Positions 43,930 through 54,361 of a DNA stretch of 64,000 nt are shown here, in pieces. The notes under the pieces were generated by a model. The model was not told the origin of the DNA and made no database searches. It saw nothing but the letters and a program-made list of their open reading frames with translations. The position numbers were made by a program, and so were the translations under genes. The DNA comes from SAR86 cluster bacterium SAR86B (lineage in GTDB: Bacteria > Pseudomonadota > Gammaproteobacteria > Magnimaribacterales > D2472): NCBI GenBank assembly GCA_905181955.1, contig CAJJAC010000008.1, forward strand, positions 69-64,068. The letters run 5' to 3'. Each line of letters begins with the position of its first letter. Position 1 is the stretch's first letter.

Positions 43930-45462
43930 CTATATTTGCGAATTATATTGTTCAACATAAGCCTCAATATCTTTATGAGGGTTATGTTCAATATCTTTAA
44001 ATCTTTTCAAAGACTCTTCTTTTTCTAATTCAAGATAGCTTAAATCTAAAGAGTTATTTTGCCTCAATTCATTAGTATTTTGCATACTTTTTTCAAAGGC
44101 CACATCATGAAAACTTTTATTATCTTTAACACTTCTTAATATAGCAGCGCTTTGATTCTCCATATTAGTAATAGTTCTTAGGGCCTTAGAATAATCATCA
44201 TTATCACCATCTAAGTTTTTTGCTAATAATTCAAGTTCGTTAACAAGATCAACCATAGCACTTCCACTAGTAACCATCTTGCCTTTAAATAAAATCATGG
44301 TTGAATTATTTCGACCGGAAGCCACCATATCAGTATGATTTTTTTGTAATTGGATATTTTCTTCATCAGTTAGCTCCGGACTCTCGCTGACAAAACAATG
44401 TATTAAGAATAAATCTATTAAACGCATTTGATCTTTAGAAATGCCCCCAAGAGTATCTGGACTTATATCAACACCCCTTACTTCAACATACTCAATACCA
44501 TATTCTTTCAATGCATTAGATGGCCTAAGGCCATCTGAAGACGTTCTTTTAGGTCGAATAGTATCGTAAAGCTCATTTTCAATCTGAATAATTCCATCTG
44601 ATATCTGCTGCCTATTACCAGCATCATCATATAAGCCAAGATCTTTAAAATCTGGGTGTGGCATCTTAATACCCTTATTAACTGATTCTATAAAACCAGC
44701 CAAGGAGTTATATCTAATTCCAAGTGATGTTTGAATTGGACTTTGATAACCAATATTACTCATCCTTAAAGAGGTAGCATTAGGCAAAAAGACATCGTCA
44801 GCATTTAGCTCATCAAGATCATGGCTTCTTCCAGATACATAGGATTTATCAGCGACAGGAGATGCTGATAACTGAGCTAAGATAAACCAAAAATTTCTTT
44901 TAAAATTCCTAATAAGACTAAGATATAAATCATCAACCATGTCTTGAGTATATTCATCACCCAAAAGATTCTTATAACAAGCTGCATCAATTGAAAAATT
45001 ATAATGAATTCCTGAAACACATTGCATGATAGAACCATATCTTGCTCTTAAACCTTTTCTATATATATGCTTGAGCATTCCTGAATCATTTGTTCCGTAA
45101 TTAGCAATATTAATATCAGATTCTTTTTCTATCCTACAAGGCATCGAGTGCGCCCATAAGTACTCATCTTCATCAATATTTTGGGCTGTAAATACATGAA
45201 GGTCTTGAAGACAAGAATATAAATCATCAACATTATCAAATTTAGGCGTGACTAGTTCAATTAAAGCCTCAGCAAAGTCAGTAGTTATATACGGATTAGT
45301 TAAAGGAGAGCCAAGCGCTTCTGGATGAGGACGATTTGAAATAGAGCCATCTTTTGAAACTCTTAAAGTTTCACGTTCAATACCTCTATTAAATTTAAGA
45401 TTTTTTAATGAAGTTTTTTCATTCCAGCGCTTAAGTTGGCTAAGAAAACTTTCATCAAACAT
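43930..45462 (-). CDS. gshA: Glutamate--cysteine ligase
   Basis: GIERETLRV, ITTDFAE, SGIHYNFS, ATSLRMS.IGY, QIENE.Y..IRPK, YVEVRG.D. Confidence 0.95.
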   Translation of the reverse strand: MFDESFLSQLKRWNEKTSLKNLKFNRGIERETLRVSKDGSISNRPHPEALGSPLTNPYITTDFAEALIELVTPKFDNVDDLYSCLQDLHVFTAQNIDEDEYLWAHSMPCRIEKESDINIANYGTNDSGMLKHIYRKGLRARYGSIMQCVSGIHYNFSIDAACYKNLLGDEYTQDMVDDLYLSLIRNFKRNFWFILAQLSASPVADKSYVSGRSHDLDELNADDVFLPNATSLRMSNIGYQSPIQTSLGIRYNSLAGFIESVNKGIKMPHPDFKDLGLYDDAGNRQQISDGIIQIENELYDTIRPKRTSSDGLRPSNALKEYGIEYVEVRGVDISPDTLGGISKDQMRLIDLFLIHCFVSESPELTDEENIQLQKNHTDMVASGRNNSTMILFKGKMVTSGSAMVDLVNELELLAKNLDGDNDDYSKALRTITNMENQSAAILRSVKDNKSFHDVAFEKSMQNTNELRQNNSLDLSYLELEKEESLKRFKDIEHNPHKDIEAYVEQYNSQI

Positions 45463-47006
45463 TAAAAACCCGGGCCAGCTTTTACTATCTCATCACTTAC
45501 ATCAAAATTTTTGAAGTTTTCTTCAAACTCAGCAACAACCCGTTTTACAGTTTGCTCATATGCGTCTTGGTCAGCCCATGTTTTCACGGGATTAAGTAGA
45601 TCAGTTTTAACACCCTCAACCATCAAAGGAACTTCTAGATTTAGCCCAGGAATGCTTTGTGTTTCAACGCCTTCTAACTCACCATTTTGAATAGCATTAA
45701 CAACCCTTCTTGTTGTAGGTATATCAAAACGTTTACCAACACCATGAGAACCACCCGTCCAACCAGTATTCACAAGATAAACCTTAGAACCAAATGCTTC
45801 TACTCTTTTCATTAAAAGGTCAGCATAAACTCCAGCTGGTCTTGGAAAGAAAGGAGCGCCAAAACAAGTTGAAAAAGTAGACTCAATCGCTGAAGTAGAA
45901 CCAACCTCTGTTGAACCAACCTTGGCTGTATAGCCGCTTAGAAAATGATAGGCAGCTGCTTCTTTAGATAATATAGATACAGGAGGAATAATTCCGGTTA
46001 GATCGCAAGTAAGGAAAATAACCGAATCAGGCTCACCAGCAGCATTTTCTGGAATTGCGTCATTAATAAATGCTCGTGGGTAACAACACCTTCCATTTTG
46101 AGTAAGGGTTACGTCTGAATAGTCGGGAGTTCCTGCATCATTTAAGACAACATTCTCTAGTATGCTGCCGCTTTTAATAGCATTCCAAATAACAGGTTCA
46201 TTTGCTTGAGAGAGATCAATAGTTTTTGCATAGCAACCCCCTTCAAAATTAAAAACAGAGCCTTCTGCCCATCCATGCTCATCATCGCCAATCAAAGAGC
46301 AGGAAGGATCAGCAGAAAGGGTTGTTTTCCCTGTTCCAGAAAGCCCGAAGAAAAGAGCTACCTTGCCATCAGCATTAACATTTGCTGAACAATGCATTGG
46401 TAACACGTCTTTTTCTGGCATTAAAAAATTTTGAATACTAAACATAGATTTTTTCATTTCGCCTGCATACTTCATGCCAGCAATAAGAACTTTTCTTCTA
46501 GCAAAATTAATTATTACGCAACCTTCAGAATTAGTTCCATCTTCAGTAGGAACGCATTCATAGTTTGCAGCACTCATGATTTCCCACTCTTTTTTTGCAG
46601 ACAGATTATATTGTTCAGGCATTATAAAAATTAGTTTCGAAAACAAGCTATGCCACGCAGTCTCAGTCGTAACTTTGACTGGAAGGTAGTGATCAGAATG
46701 AGCGCCAACATGTACTTTAGTGAGGTATCTATTTTTTTCTGCTAAATAGGTTTCCACTTTGTCCCATAAAGCATCAAATTTATCAGCTTCAAAAGGCTTA
46801 TTTACTTTGCCCCAATCTATAAGATCTTCTGTTCCAGGCTCTTTTACAATAAATCTATCATTAGGGCTTCTACCAGTTCTCTCACCCGTAATAGCAGTCA
46901 ATGCTCCATTATCAGCCAAGACAGCTTCATTGTTGCCTAAAGCCTTCTCAATTAGCTCTTCATTGGTAAGCTCGAAGATTTCTGATGTATTTATTTCCAT
47001 GTTCAT
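45462..47006 (-). CDS. pckA: Phosphoenolpyruvate carboxykinase (ATP)
   Basis: [41 protein letters not shown]; probable ATG start at 47006. Confidence 0.97.
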   Translation of the reverse strand: MNMEINTSEIFELTNEELIEKALGNNEAVLADNGALTAITGERTGRSPNDRFIVKEPGTEDLIDWGKVNKPFEADKFDALWDKVETYLAEKNRYLTKVHVGAHSDHYLPVKVTTETAWHSLFSKLIFIMPEQYNLSAKKEWEIMSAANYECVPTEDGTNSEGCVIINFARRKVLIAGMKYAGEMKKSMFSIQNFLMPEKDVLPMHCSANVNADGKVALFFGLSGTGKTTLSADPSCSLIGDDEHGWAEGSVFNFEGGCYAKTIDLSQANEPVIWNAIKSGSILENVVLNDAGTPDYSDVTLTQNGRCCYPRAFINDAIPENAAGEPDSVIFLTCDLTGIIPPVSILSKEAAAYHFLSGYTAKVGSTEVGSTSAIESTFSTCFGAPFFPRPAGVYADLLMKRVEAFGSKVYLVNTGWTGGSHGVGKRFDIPTTRRVVNAIQNGELEGVETQSIPGLNLEVPLMVEGVKTDLLNPVKTWADQDAYEQTVKRVVAEFEENFKNFDVSDEIVKAGPGF

Positions 47007-47164
47007 ATTTTTAGTTACCAAATCATTTTATAGGACTAAGAGAGTTCAATAAATATATTAAACAATAATAATCAGCCTTATTTTGTAGTGAAGTTAATCT
47101 TAATAGGATTTAAAAGTCAATAATATAGGTTTTTGCAGTAACTTAAAGGCTTAAAAAGCTATTA

Positions 47165-47689
47165 TTATGTAGTTTTACTACCAAATTTAAGCTTTCCAAG
47201 AGTAGATATTAAATAAATAATAAAAAATACCAAACCCCATTCTGCAAAATTAAATATAAACCTCCAGCTTTCCTCAGCACATGCTGGTCCGCCCTTAAAA
47301 GCATTTGCAAGACCACCAAACAGTCCAAAATATTCAATTTGAGTTTCAAGAGGCATATCACAACCCATTGGCAACATAGCAATTTCTTCAGGTGTTAGAT
47401 TTTGTAGATATATTATTTTTAAAGAAACGATAATTCCATAAGCCGAGGCAAACGCTACTATTAACTTGTTTAGGACATAAAACCTTTTCAAGAAATACCC
47501 AATCAGCGACATGAGAGCAATTACACCAAAAATATATCTTGTTAATATACATAACGGGCAAGCTCGAAGATTTAATAGAGTGTCTAATAAAATAGCTAAT
47601 AAGATAATTAAGCTTGAACCTAAAAAAGATGCAATTTCAAAATGATTTCCATACACATTTTTTACTATATTTATAATTTTTTGAAACAT
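47165..47689 (-). CDS. dsbB: Disulfide bond formation protein B
   Basis: Four TM segments, CPLC..R, second Cys pair in the periplasmic loop. Confidence 0.9.
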   Translation of the reverse strand: MFQKIINIVKNVYGNHFEIASFLGSSLIILLAILLDTLLNLRACPLCILTRYIFGVIALMSLIGYFLKRFYVLNKLIVAFASAYGIIVSLKIIYLQNLTPEEIAMLPMGCDMPLETQIEYFGLFGGLANAFKGGPACAEESWRFIFNFAEWGLVFFIIYLISTLGKLKFGSKTT

Positions 47690-47763
47690 ATTTACTTATA
47701 TATCCTTTCTTGTATAGAGATTAAAAAATACCAATGACATAATAGATTTTAACTTAACTATAA

Positions 47764-50451
47764 ATGAAAAACAGAATATTCATCATCGACGGCTCTTCCT
47801 ATTTATATAGGGCTTATCATGCTATGCCGCCTTTAACCACATCAACAGGCAAGCCAACTGGTGCTGTAAAAGGCGTCACTAATATGTTGATGAATTTAAA
47901 GAAAGAGAGCGAAGGCTCGCCAATTATCGTGGTCTTTGATGCTAAAGGAAAAAACTTTAGACACAAAGTTTATGATGACTATAAATCAAATAGACCGCCG
48001 ATGCCTGATGATTTAAGAGAGCAACTCCAGCCAGTTAAGGATATCTGCAAGGCTATTGGGTTTCCCTTGTTAGAGGTTGAGGGGGTTGAGGCTGATGATG
48101 TAATTGCTACGCTCGTTTCAATGGCTAGAAAAAAAGATTTTTATAGTGTCGTCTCTAGCTTAGATAAAGATCTGATGCAGCTAGTTGAAGATCCTTTTAC
48201 TACATTAATGAATACTATGACTCACAAAACCTTTAATGAGACTATGGTATTTGAAAAATTTGGTGTTAAACCAAGTCAAATTAGAGACATGTTAGCTTTG
48301 GTCGGCGACTCTTCAGATAATATACCCGGGGTCCCAAAAGTTGGTCAGAAGACAGCAGCAAAATGGCTTAATGAATTTACAGATCTCCAGACTATTAAGG
48401 CTAATGCTGAATCCTTCCCTGGAGTGGTTGGAAATAATCTAAGAGAATTTCTGCCTAATCTCGATAGGAATATTGAGCTTGTATCTTTAAAGAGTGATCT
48501 AGATCTAAAAACAGATTTTGAAAGTTTATTAGTTTTAAATAATGACGATGAAGCTTTAGCTGAACTATATTTAGAATTTGAGTTTAAGCCTTTAAAAAAT
48601 AGCCCAGTTAAAAAAACTGCTGAAGAAGTTGCTGTTGTTAATAGCCAATACGAAACCCTAGATACAATAGAGCAATTAGAGGCCTGGGCGAAACAGTTAG
48701 ATAAATGCACTGCTTTTGCCATAGATTCTGAGACTTCATCTCTAGATACTATTTCAGCAAATCTGCTTGGAATTTCATTGTCTGTTGAAGAAGGCAAAGG
48801 TTGTTATATACCTATTGGCCACGATTATGAGGGCGCTCCAAAGCAACTACCTTTAGATAAAGTAGTAAGTATTTTAGGAGCCTCAATAGAATCAAATCAG
48901 AGAAAAGCTATAGGCCAAAACTTAAAATTTGATATACCTATTTTAGCTAGGCATGGAATTAAGCTTTCTGCTTTTTTAGCAGATACTATGTTGATGTCTT
49001 ATGTTTTAAATAGCACAGGAACAAGACATAGCATGGATAGGATGGCAGAGCATTATCTTCAACTATCAACAATTAAATATACAGATGTAACCGGAACGGC
49101 CTCGAAGCAAATTAATTTTTCTAAAGTAGATATTGCGACTGCAACTAACTATGCAGCAGAAGATGCTGACATAACTTTAAGGCTTTATAACCACCTAGAA
49201 GAATTACTTAGAGGCCAAAATAGCCAATTAAATTTATTAGAGGCAATTGAGTACCCCCTTGTCTTGGCATTGATAACAACTGAGACAAATGGTGCAAAAA
49301 TAGATAAAGATAAACTTGCTGCTCACTCAAAAGAGCTTGGAGAAAAAATAGAGGTTTTAACAAAAGAAGCCCACAAGCTTGGAGGCCAAGAATTTAATTT
49401 AGATTCACCCAAGCAGCTTTTAGAGATTCTTTATGAGAAACAAGGCTTGCCAGTTTTACAAAAAACTCCTAAAGGCCAACCTTCAACTAACGAGGCTACT
49501 TTGCAGAGATTAGCTGAGGAATATGATTTACCAAAAGTTATTTTAGAATACAGAACGTTGGCAAAATTAAAGTCCACCTATACAGACAGCCTTATAGCGA
49601 TGGAAAATCCAGTGACCAATAGAATTCATACTTCTTATCATCAGGCAGTTACTTCTACAGGAAGACTTTCCTCAACAGAACCAAACCTTCAAAACATCCC
49701 CATTAAGACCTCAGAAGGCAGAAGGATAAGAGAAGCTTTTGTTCCTGAAAAAGGTAATGTGCTTATTTCAGCTGACTATTCTCAGATTGAATTAAGAATA
49801 ATCGCGCATTTATCAGGTGATAAGAACTTAACCAATGCTTTTAATAATAATTTAGATGTTCATTCGGCAACTGCAGCAGAAATTTTTGGAGTTGATATTG
49901 ATAATGTGAACTCAGATCAAAGAAGAAGTGCTAAGGCAATAAACTTTGGACTTATGTATGGGATGTCAGCTTTTGGTCTTACAAGGCAGCTTGATATAAC
50001 TAGAGCAGAAGCGCAATCTTATTTAGATACCTACTTTGAACGTTATACCGGCGTAAAAGACTATATGGATAACGTAAGAGCAGAGGCTAAAAAAGATCTA
50101 TATGTTGAAACGATTATGGGCAGAAGACTTTATGTTAATGAAATTAATGCAGCAAACGGTCTAAGAAGACAAGCAGCCGAAAGAGCAGCTATTAATGCGC
50201 CCCTTCAAGGCTCTGCCGCAGATATTATTAAAAAGGCTATGCTTGATGTTGATACCTGGATAGCAAATGAAGCCCCAGATACCACTAAAATGATTATGCA
50301 GGTTCATGACGAATTAATACTTGAAGTTAAAAAATCAGACTCAGAAGAAGTCCTAAATAAAGTAAAGGAAATCATGGAAGCTGCAGTTGATCTAGATATT
50401 CCTTTAATCGTCGAAGCATCTATCGGCTCAAACTGGAACGAAGCTCACTAA
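47764..50451 (+). CDS. polA: DNA polymerase I
   Basis: 5'-3' exo (DGSSYLYRAYHA, EADD), 3'-5' exo (DSET), polymerase motifs DYSQIELR, KAINFG.MYG, QVHDE. Confidence 0.99.
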   Translation: MKNRIFIIDGSSYLYRAYHAMPPLTTSTGKPTGAVKGVTNMLMNLKKESEGSPIIVVFDAKGKNFRHKVYDDYKSNRPPMPDDLREQLQPVKDICKAIGFPLLEVEGVEADDVIATLVSMARKKDFYSVVSSLDKDLMQLVEDPFTTLMNTMTHKTFNETMVFEKFGVKPSQIRDMLALVGDSSDNIPGVPKVGQKTAAKWLNEFTDLQTIKANAESFPGVVGNNLREFLPNLDRNIELVSLKSDLDLKTDFESLLVLNNDDEALAELYLEFEFKPLKNSPVKKTAEEVAVVNSQYETLDTIEQLEAWAKQLDKCTAFAIDSETSSLDTISANLLGISLSVEEGKGCYIPIGHDYEGAPKQLPLDKVVSILGASIESNQRKAIGQNLKFDIPILARHGIKLSAFLADTMLMSYVLNSTGTRHSMDRMAEHYLQLSTIKYTDVTGTASKQINFSKVDIATATNYAAEDADITLRLYNHLEELLRGQNSQLNLLEAIEYPLVLALITTETNGAKIDKDKLAAHSKELGEKIEVLTKEAHKLGGQEFNLDSPKQLLEILYEKQGLPVLQKTPKGQPSTNEATLQRLAEEYDLPKVILEYRTLAKLKSTYTDSLIAMENPVTNRIHTSYHQAVTSTGRLSSTEPNLQNIPIKTSEGRRIREAFVPEKGNVLISADYSQIELRIIAHLSGDKNLTNAFNNNLDVHSATAAEIFGVDIDNVNSDQRRSAKAINFGLMYGMSAFGLTRQLDITRAEAQSYLDTYFERYTGVKDYMDNVRAEAKKDLYVETIMGRRLYVNEINAANGLRRQAAERAAINAPLQGSAADIIKKAMLDVDTWIANEAPDTTKMIMQVHDELILEVKKSDSEEVLNKVKEIMEAAVDLDIPLIVEASIGSNWNEAH

Positions 50452-50545
50452 GAAACTATTTATAGGTATGTGTATAATATTTACATATAAATAATTCTAT
50501 AAATATCCAATTAACAAAGTAATAATAAATTTCAAGAACTGCCTA

Positions 50546-51616
50546 TTGATATTCCTTTTGTATTCTTTAACTGCTAACTCAAACCAAGACCTATCCCCAT
50601 CATTAAATACTAAGCTATTAGAAATATATTCTAATTTGTTGCTAGATCTGGAGGCTTGTATAAATGACGAAGGTCTCGAAGACAAAGATAGACTTAAAAC
50701 TGCATGTAATGCGGACAATCTTCATCCATTTCAAAATATCTTATTCCAAACTCAGTATAAGCATATATCTTTTTATTTAGATGGATTTGAATATCCTGAG
50801 CCGGCAATAACGGTTAAACAACACAATTATCCAACATCAATGCACGCTAAAAGCCGAAATGGGGTTGTTGTAATAGTTTTTTCAATAGATAAAGAAGGCA
50901 AGACATTCAACCATAAAGTCTTTAGCTCAACTTTTACTTATACAAAAAGAGAGCGTGGAAGTGAATGTCAAGATGAGTTTTGCCAAGAGGCTCTGAGAGC
51001 TGCATTAGCACTACGATATAAGCCGGCAACATACCTCGGAAGTCCAATTGTTTTAGATGGAATTAAAGTTATATATAGATTTGTTTTAGATGAAAATAAA
51101 GTATTTACTTCAAGAGGGGGAGCTGTTGAATTAAATAAGGTCAATAAGCTTATAGATAAAGGCAAGTTACAGAAAGCTAAAGAGAAGAGCTTAGAAAAAA
51201 TAGACGATTATCATTATATGAATCTTCAGCTAGCTAAGATATTTTTTCTAGAAAAAGATTATCTACAAGCTCAAAAGTATGCATATGATTTCTTATATGA
51301 CAACTGGAGTTTTATTGAGGGAGGGCAGAATAAGTTTCGGCTTCTTGGGCTTTCAATACTTACCGAGAGTTGCTTCAAACAGAATAAATATAAAGAAATT
51401 ATAGACAACTATGAATTAATTCAAGATTTTAATTTACAGAAGGAATATAAAAATGATCTTGCTCAGGTAAATATGTTTCTTGGGCTTTCTTATTTATTTG
51501 AGGGAGATCTAATCAAAGGCATAGAGCACTTATTGATAGCTAAAAGAAGTACTGAAAATATTAAAGTTATTGAGATAATAGATTTATATCTAAGTGAGGC
51601 TGATAAAGCTATTTAG
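50546..51616 (+). CDS. TonB C-terminal domain protein with TPR-like C-terminus
   Basis: YP..M......G.VVIVFSIDKEG...V..S...F..EAL.A....RYKPA...G.P (TonB_C pattern) followed by helical repeats; start uncertain. Confidence 0.7.
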   Translation: MIFLLYSLTANSNQDLSPSLNTKLLEIYSNLLLDLEACINDEGLEDKDRLKTACNADNLHPFQNILFQTQYKHISFYLDGFEYPEPAITVKQHNYPTSMHAKSRNGVVVIVFSIDKEGKTFNHKVFSSTFTYTKRERGSECQDEFCQEALRAALALRYKPATYLGSPIVLDGIKVIYRFVLDENKVFTSRGGAVELNKVNKLIDKGKLQKAKEKSLEKIDDYHYMNLQLAKIFFLEKDYLQAQKYAYDFLYDNWSFIEGGQNKFRLLGLSILTESCFKQNKYKEIIDNYELIQDFNLQKEYKNDLAQVNMFLGLSYLFEGDLIKGIEHLLIAKRSTENIKVIEIIDLYLSEADKAI

Positions 51617-52188
51617 TAGGAAAGAAGTAGCTTACTTAGCTTTATAAAACCAACAATATCCTTAGAAGACACTGCATAAGTATCCATACCACCCAAGTCC
51701 CTTGATGCCTTAGCTACCGCTTGAGCTACTTTATTTTTTGATAATTTATCGCTCTTAGTTAGTACAGGTATGCAGTCAACGTCTGATTCTCTGCACAGAT
51801 TTATTAGCTCAAGATCGCTATCTTTTAAAGGATGACGAATATCCATAAAGATCAGAACCGCTTTAAATGATTGTCTTTCCTTGAAGTATTGTCCTAATAA
51901 AGGCCCCCAGTCTTTTCTTCTAGAATATCCTGATTTTGCGTAGCCATAACCAGGCAAATCAACCAGCTTCAAATCCTCATTAACTCTGAAGTAATTAACC
52001 TCAGTAGTTCTTCCAGGAGTCTTACTTATACGAGCTAATTTTCTATTCTCAGTTAAAGCATTCAGCGCACTAGATTTCCCAGCATTAGATCTACCAGCTA
52101 AAAGTATTTCAACACCAGTATCCTCAGGTAGTTTTTTATACTGAGTAGCGCCCATCATGAATTCAGTATTTTTAAAAAGGTTTTGCAT
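51613..52188 (-). CDS. engB: Ribosome biogenesis GTPase YihA/YsxC
   Basis: GRSNAGKSS, SKTPGRT, DLPGYGYA, TKSD. Confidence 0.97.
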   Translation of the reverse strand: MQNLFKNTEFMMGATQYKKLPEDTGVEILLAGRSNAGKSSALNALTENRKLARISKTPGRTTEVNYFRVNEDLKLVDLPGYGYAKSGYSRRKDWGPLLGQYFKERQSFKAVLIFMDIRHPLKDSDLELINLCRESDVDCIPVLTKSDKLSKNKVAQAVAKASRDLGGMDTYAVSSKDIVGFIKLSKLLLSY

Positions 52189-52249
52189 TTAATCGTTTAT
52201 CTAAGTCTCAGCTATGTTTATAATACCCACTCTAAGGAATCTCAAACAA

Positions 52250-52900
52250 ATGTCTATAAGAATATTATTTGCGACGGTATTTATTTTTAGTATAAGTACC
52301 ATTGCAGCTGAAAAAAAGATGCCCAATGTCTTCGAAGACGGTGATGCATCTAAAGGCGCCAGCATGGTTGCAGCTTGTGCTGCATGTCATGGATCTGATG
52401 GTAATAGTATTAGCTCTGCTTGGCCTTCACTGGCTGGACAGAATCAAAAATATTTATTGGATCAATTAAACTATTTTAAGAACGGTGAGCGTGAAAATGT
52501 TCTTATGGGTTCGGTTGTACCGCTTTTAAGAGCCTACTCAGATCAAGATTTACTTAATATTGCAGCCTATTATTCATCGCAAACAAAGACTAATGGTCAA
52601 GCAGAAGATGATGAAGAGCTTTTAGCTCTTGGAGAAGCTTTATACCGAAGCGGCAATATGAAAAAAGCTATCCCAGCTTGCACAGCATGTCATTCAGTTA
52701 ATGGTGCTGGTAATGCGTTAGCAGGATTTCCTTCCGTTGCCGGGCAACAAAAAGCTTACCTAGTCTCAACATTAAAAGCATATAGGACTATGGAAAGAAA
52801 TGCTGGTGACTATGCCTTGGTAATGCAGGCAATTTCTAATAATTTAAGTGACGATGAAATCGACGCTTTAGCAAACTATATGCACGGACTATATGAATAA
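52250..52900 (+). CDS. Diheme cytochrome c4
   Basis: Signal peptide, CAACH and CTACH, P.LAGQ; divergent from engB; start likely ATG 52250. Confidence 0.93.
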   Translation: MSIRILFATVFIFSISTIAAEKKMPNVFEDGDASKGASMVAACAACHGSDGNSISSAWPSLAGQNQKYLLDQLNYFKNGERENVLMGSVVPLLRAYSDQDLLNIAAYYSSQTKTNGQAEDDEELLALGEALYRSGNMKKAIPACTACHSVNGAGNALAGFPSVAGQQKAYLVSTLKAYRTMERNAGDYALVMQAISNNLSDDEIDALANYMHGLYE

Positions 52901-53525
52901 AAATTATAAAAACTTATTGTTATGTATCTTTGGATTTACGTTAATAGCTTTTAATGTCAATCTTCAAGCTGAGTACAAACTAGGCAAAGACTTCAAATTA
53001 ATAGATAACCCACTTCCTGTAAGACAGGATGGAATAGTTGAGGTAACCGAAGCCTTTTGGTATGGATGTAATCATTGTTACTCCTTTGAATCTACCATTA
53101 ATAACTGGGAAGCAGGCAAGCCGGACTATGTGAAGTTCTCAAAAATGCCTATTACTTGGAGTCAAATCCATCAATTACATGCTTCTTTATACTATACGAT
53201 AGAAGCGCTTAAGCTTGATAAGGGAGCGCATACAGCAGTCTTTACAACTGTTCATAAAGAAAATAACTTTCTTGCTAGCCAGAAATCAGTTGTAAAATTT
53301 TTATCTAAACTGGGTGTCAGTGAAGATAAGGCAAAACAATATTTGAACTCCTTTGCAGTAAAGCAGAAAGTTAGTAGAGGCATTCAAGTTTCAAAACAAT
53401 TAAGAATCACAAGCGTTCCAATGATCATTGTAGATGGAAAGTATATTATTGAATCCAAGCCAAGTAGACAAGAAATGCTAGAAGTTTTGGATTACGTTAT
53501 CGAACTTCAAAAAAGTAACTCGTAA
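52893..53525 (+). CDS. dsbA: Thiol:disulfide interchange protein DsbA
   Basis: Signal peptide, FWYGCNHCY, cis-Pro loop SVP..IVDGKY; follows cc4. Confidence 0.92.
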   Translation: MNKNYKNLLLCIFGFTLIAFNVNLQAEYKLGKDFKLIDNPLPVRQDGIVEVTEAFWYGCNHCYSFESTINNWEAGKPDYVKFSKMPITWSQIHQLHASLYYTIEALKLDKGAHTAVFTTVHKENNFLASQKSVVKFLSKLGVSEDKAKQYLNSFAVKQKVSRGIQVSKQLRITSVPMIIVDGKYIIESKPSRQEMLEVLDYVIELQKSNS

Positions 53526-53537
53526 ACGGAGACATCA

Positions 53538-54137
53538 ATGACTTTAGGTACTAAAAAAAATATTTACTTAGTAATTTTACCTATCTGTTTTTTATTTTTA
53601 TTTAATGGAAAAAAATACGATGACTCTGTCATAGCAAGAATTGCTGTGCCCGTTAAAATTTGTTTAGAGGGTCAGCCTTGTGGGAAACCAGCTCCAGCTA
53701 GCTCTATGGCATCTGCAAGCAATGTAGAAGTTAAGAAGATAGAACTATCTGAAGGTTCTGAGCATGTTGTAAAGATGTTAAATATGGGTGATGGCGGCGC
53801 AATGATATTTGAACCTGCAGTCATCAAAGTATCTAAAGGCGATACAATTCACTTTAAAGCAACTAATATTTCTCACAATTCAGAAACTCTTCCCGGCATG
53901 ATTCCAGCAGGAGCAGAAGGATGGATGGGAGCACTAAATCAAGATATCTCAGTTACGATTGATAGTGAGGGTGTTTATGTCTATCAATGCAATCCTCATG
54001 CAATGTTAGCAATGGTAGGAGTTATTCAAGTTGGAGAGGCAGTGAACCTAGATGATGTTAAGGCAGCAGCCCAAAGTATGAAATCAACTTTTGTAAGTAA
54101 TTCTGACAGATTAGATGGCTATCTAGCCCAGCTCTAA
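53538..54137 (+). CDS. Pseudoazurin-type blue copper protein with a cytochrome c5-like N-terminal leader
   Basis: HVVKMLN...M.FEP.....GD, SHN, YQCNPHAMLAM (type-1 Cu ligands H, C, H, M). N-terminal hydrophobic helix then DDSVIARIAVPVKICLEGQPCG; no CxxCH. Confidence 0.9.
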   Translation: MTLGTKKNIYLVILPICFLFLFNGKKYDDSVIARIAVPVKICLEGQPCGKPAPASSMASASNVEVKKIELSEGSEHVVKMLNMGDGGAMIFEPAVIKVSKGDTIHFKATNISHNSETLPGMIPAGAEGWMGALNQDISVTIDSEGVYVYQCNPHAMLAMVGVIQVGEAVNLDDVKAAAQSMKSTFVSNSDRLDGYLAQL

Positions 54138-54361
54138 TTCCCTTCTAACTTATTTAATCTTTCTTCAAGCTTCTCAGCGCGAGTTTTTAGTGAGTTATAT
54201 TTAGACTCAGATACAAACCCAGCAGAGCTAAGAACTTTTTCAATTCCTGGTTTTAGTTTTTCTAGAGCATTAATTTCAGGAGCTGCCAGCTTCGACTCTA
54301 TCCCCTTAAGCTCTTTGCCAACTATTGAAATTATTGCATCTAAGACTTTATCTTCTTTCAT
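54134..54361 (-). CDS. Probable UbiK/YqiC-family coiled-coil protein
   Basis: 75 aa with FVS..Y..L..R..KLEERL.KLE C-terminal coiled coil; neighbourhood is consistent. Confidence 0.55.
   Translation of the reverse strand: MKEDKVLDAIISIVGKELKGIESKLAAPEINALEKLKPGIEKVLSSAGFVSESKYNSLKTRAEKLEERLNKLEGN

Noticed and set aside
45367-45382. parS-like AGTTTCACGTTCAATA in gshA
   Set aside because: Only one half-site matches, and it falls in the conserved IERETL coding motif
50452-50545. Spot 42 sRNA or a dif-like site downstream of polA
   Set aside because: No resemblance to spf or to the XerC/XerD dif consensus; only a weak AT-rich inverted repeat (ATTTATAG/CTATAAAT)
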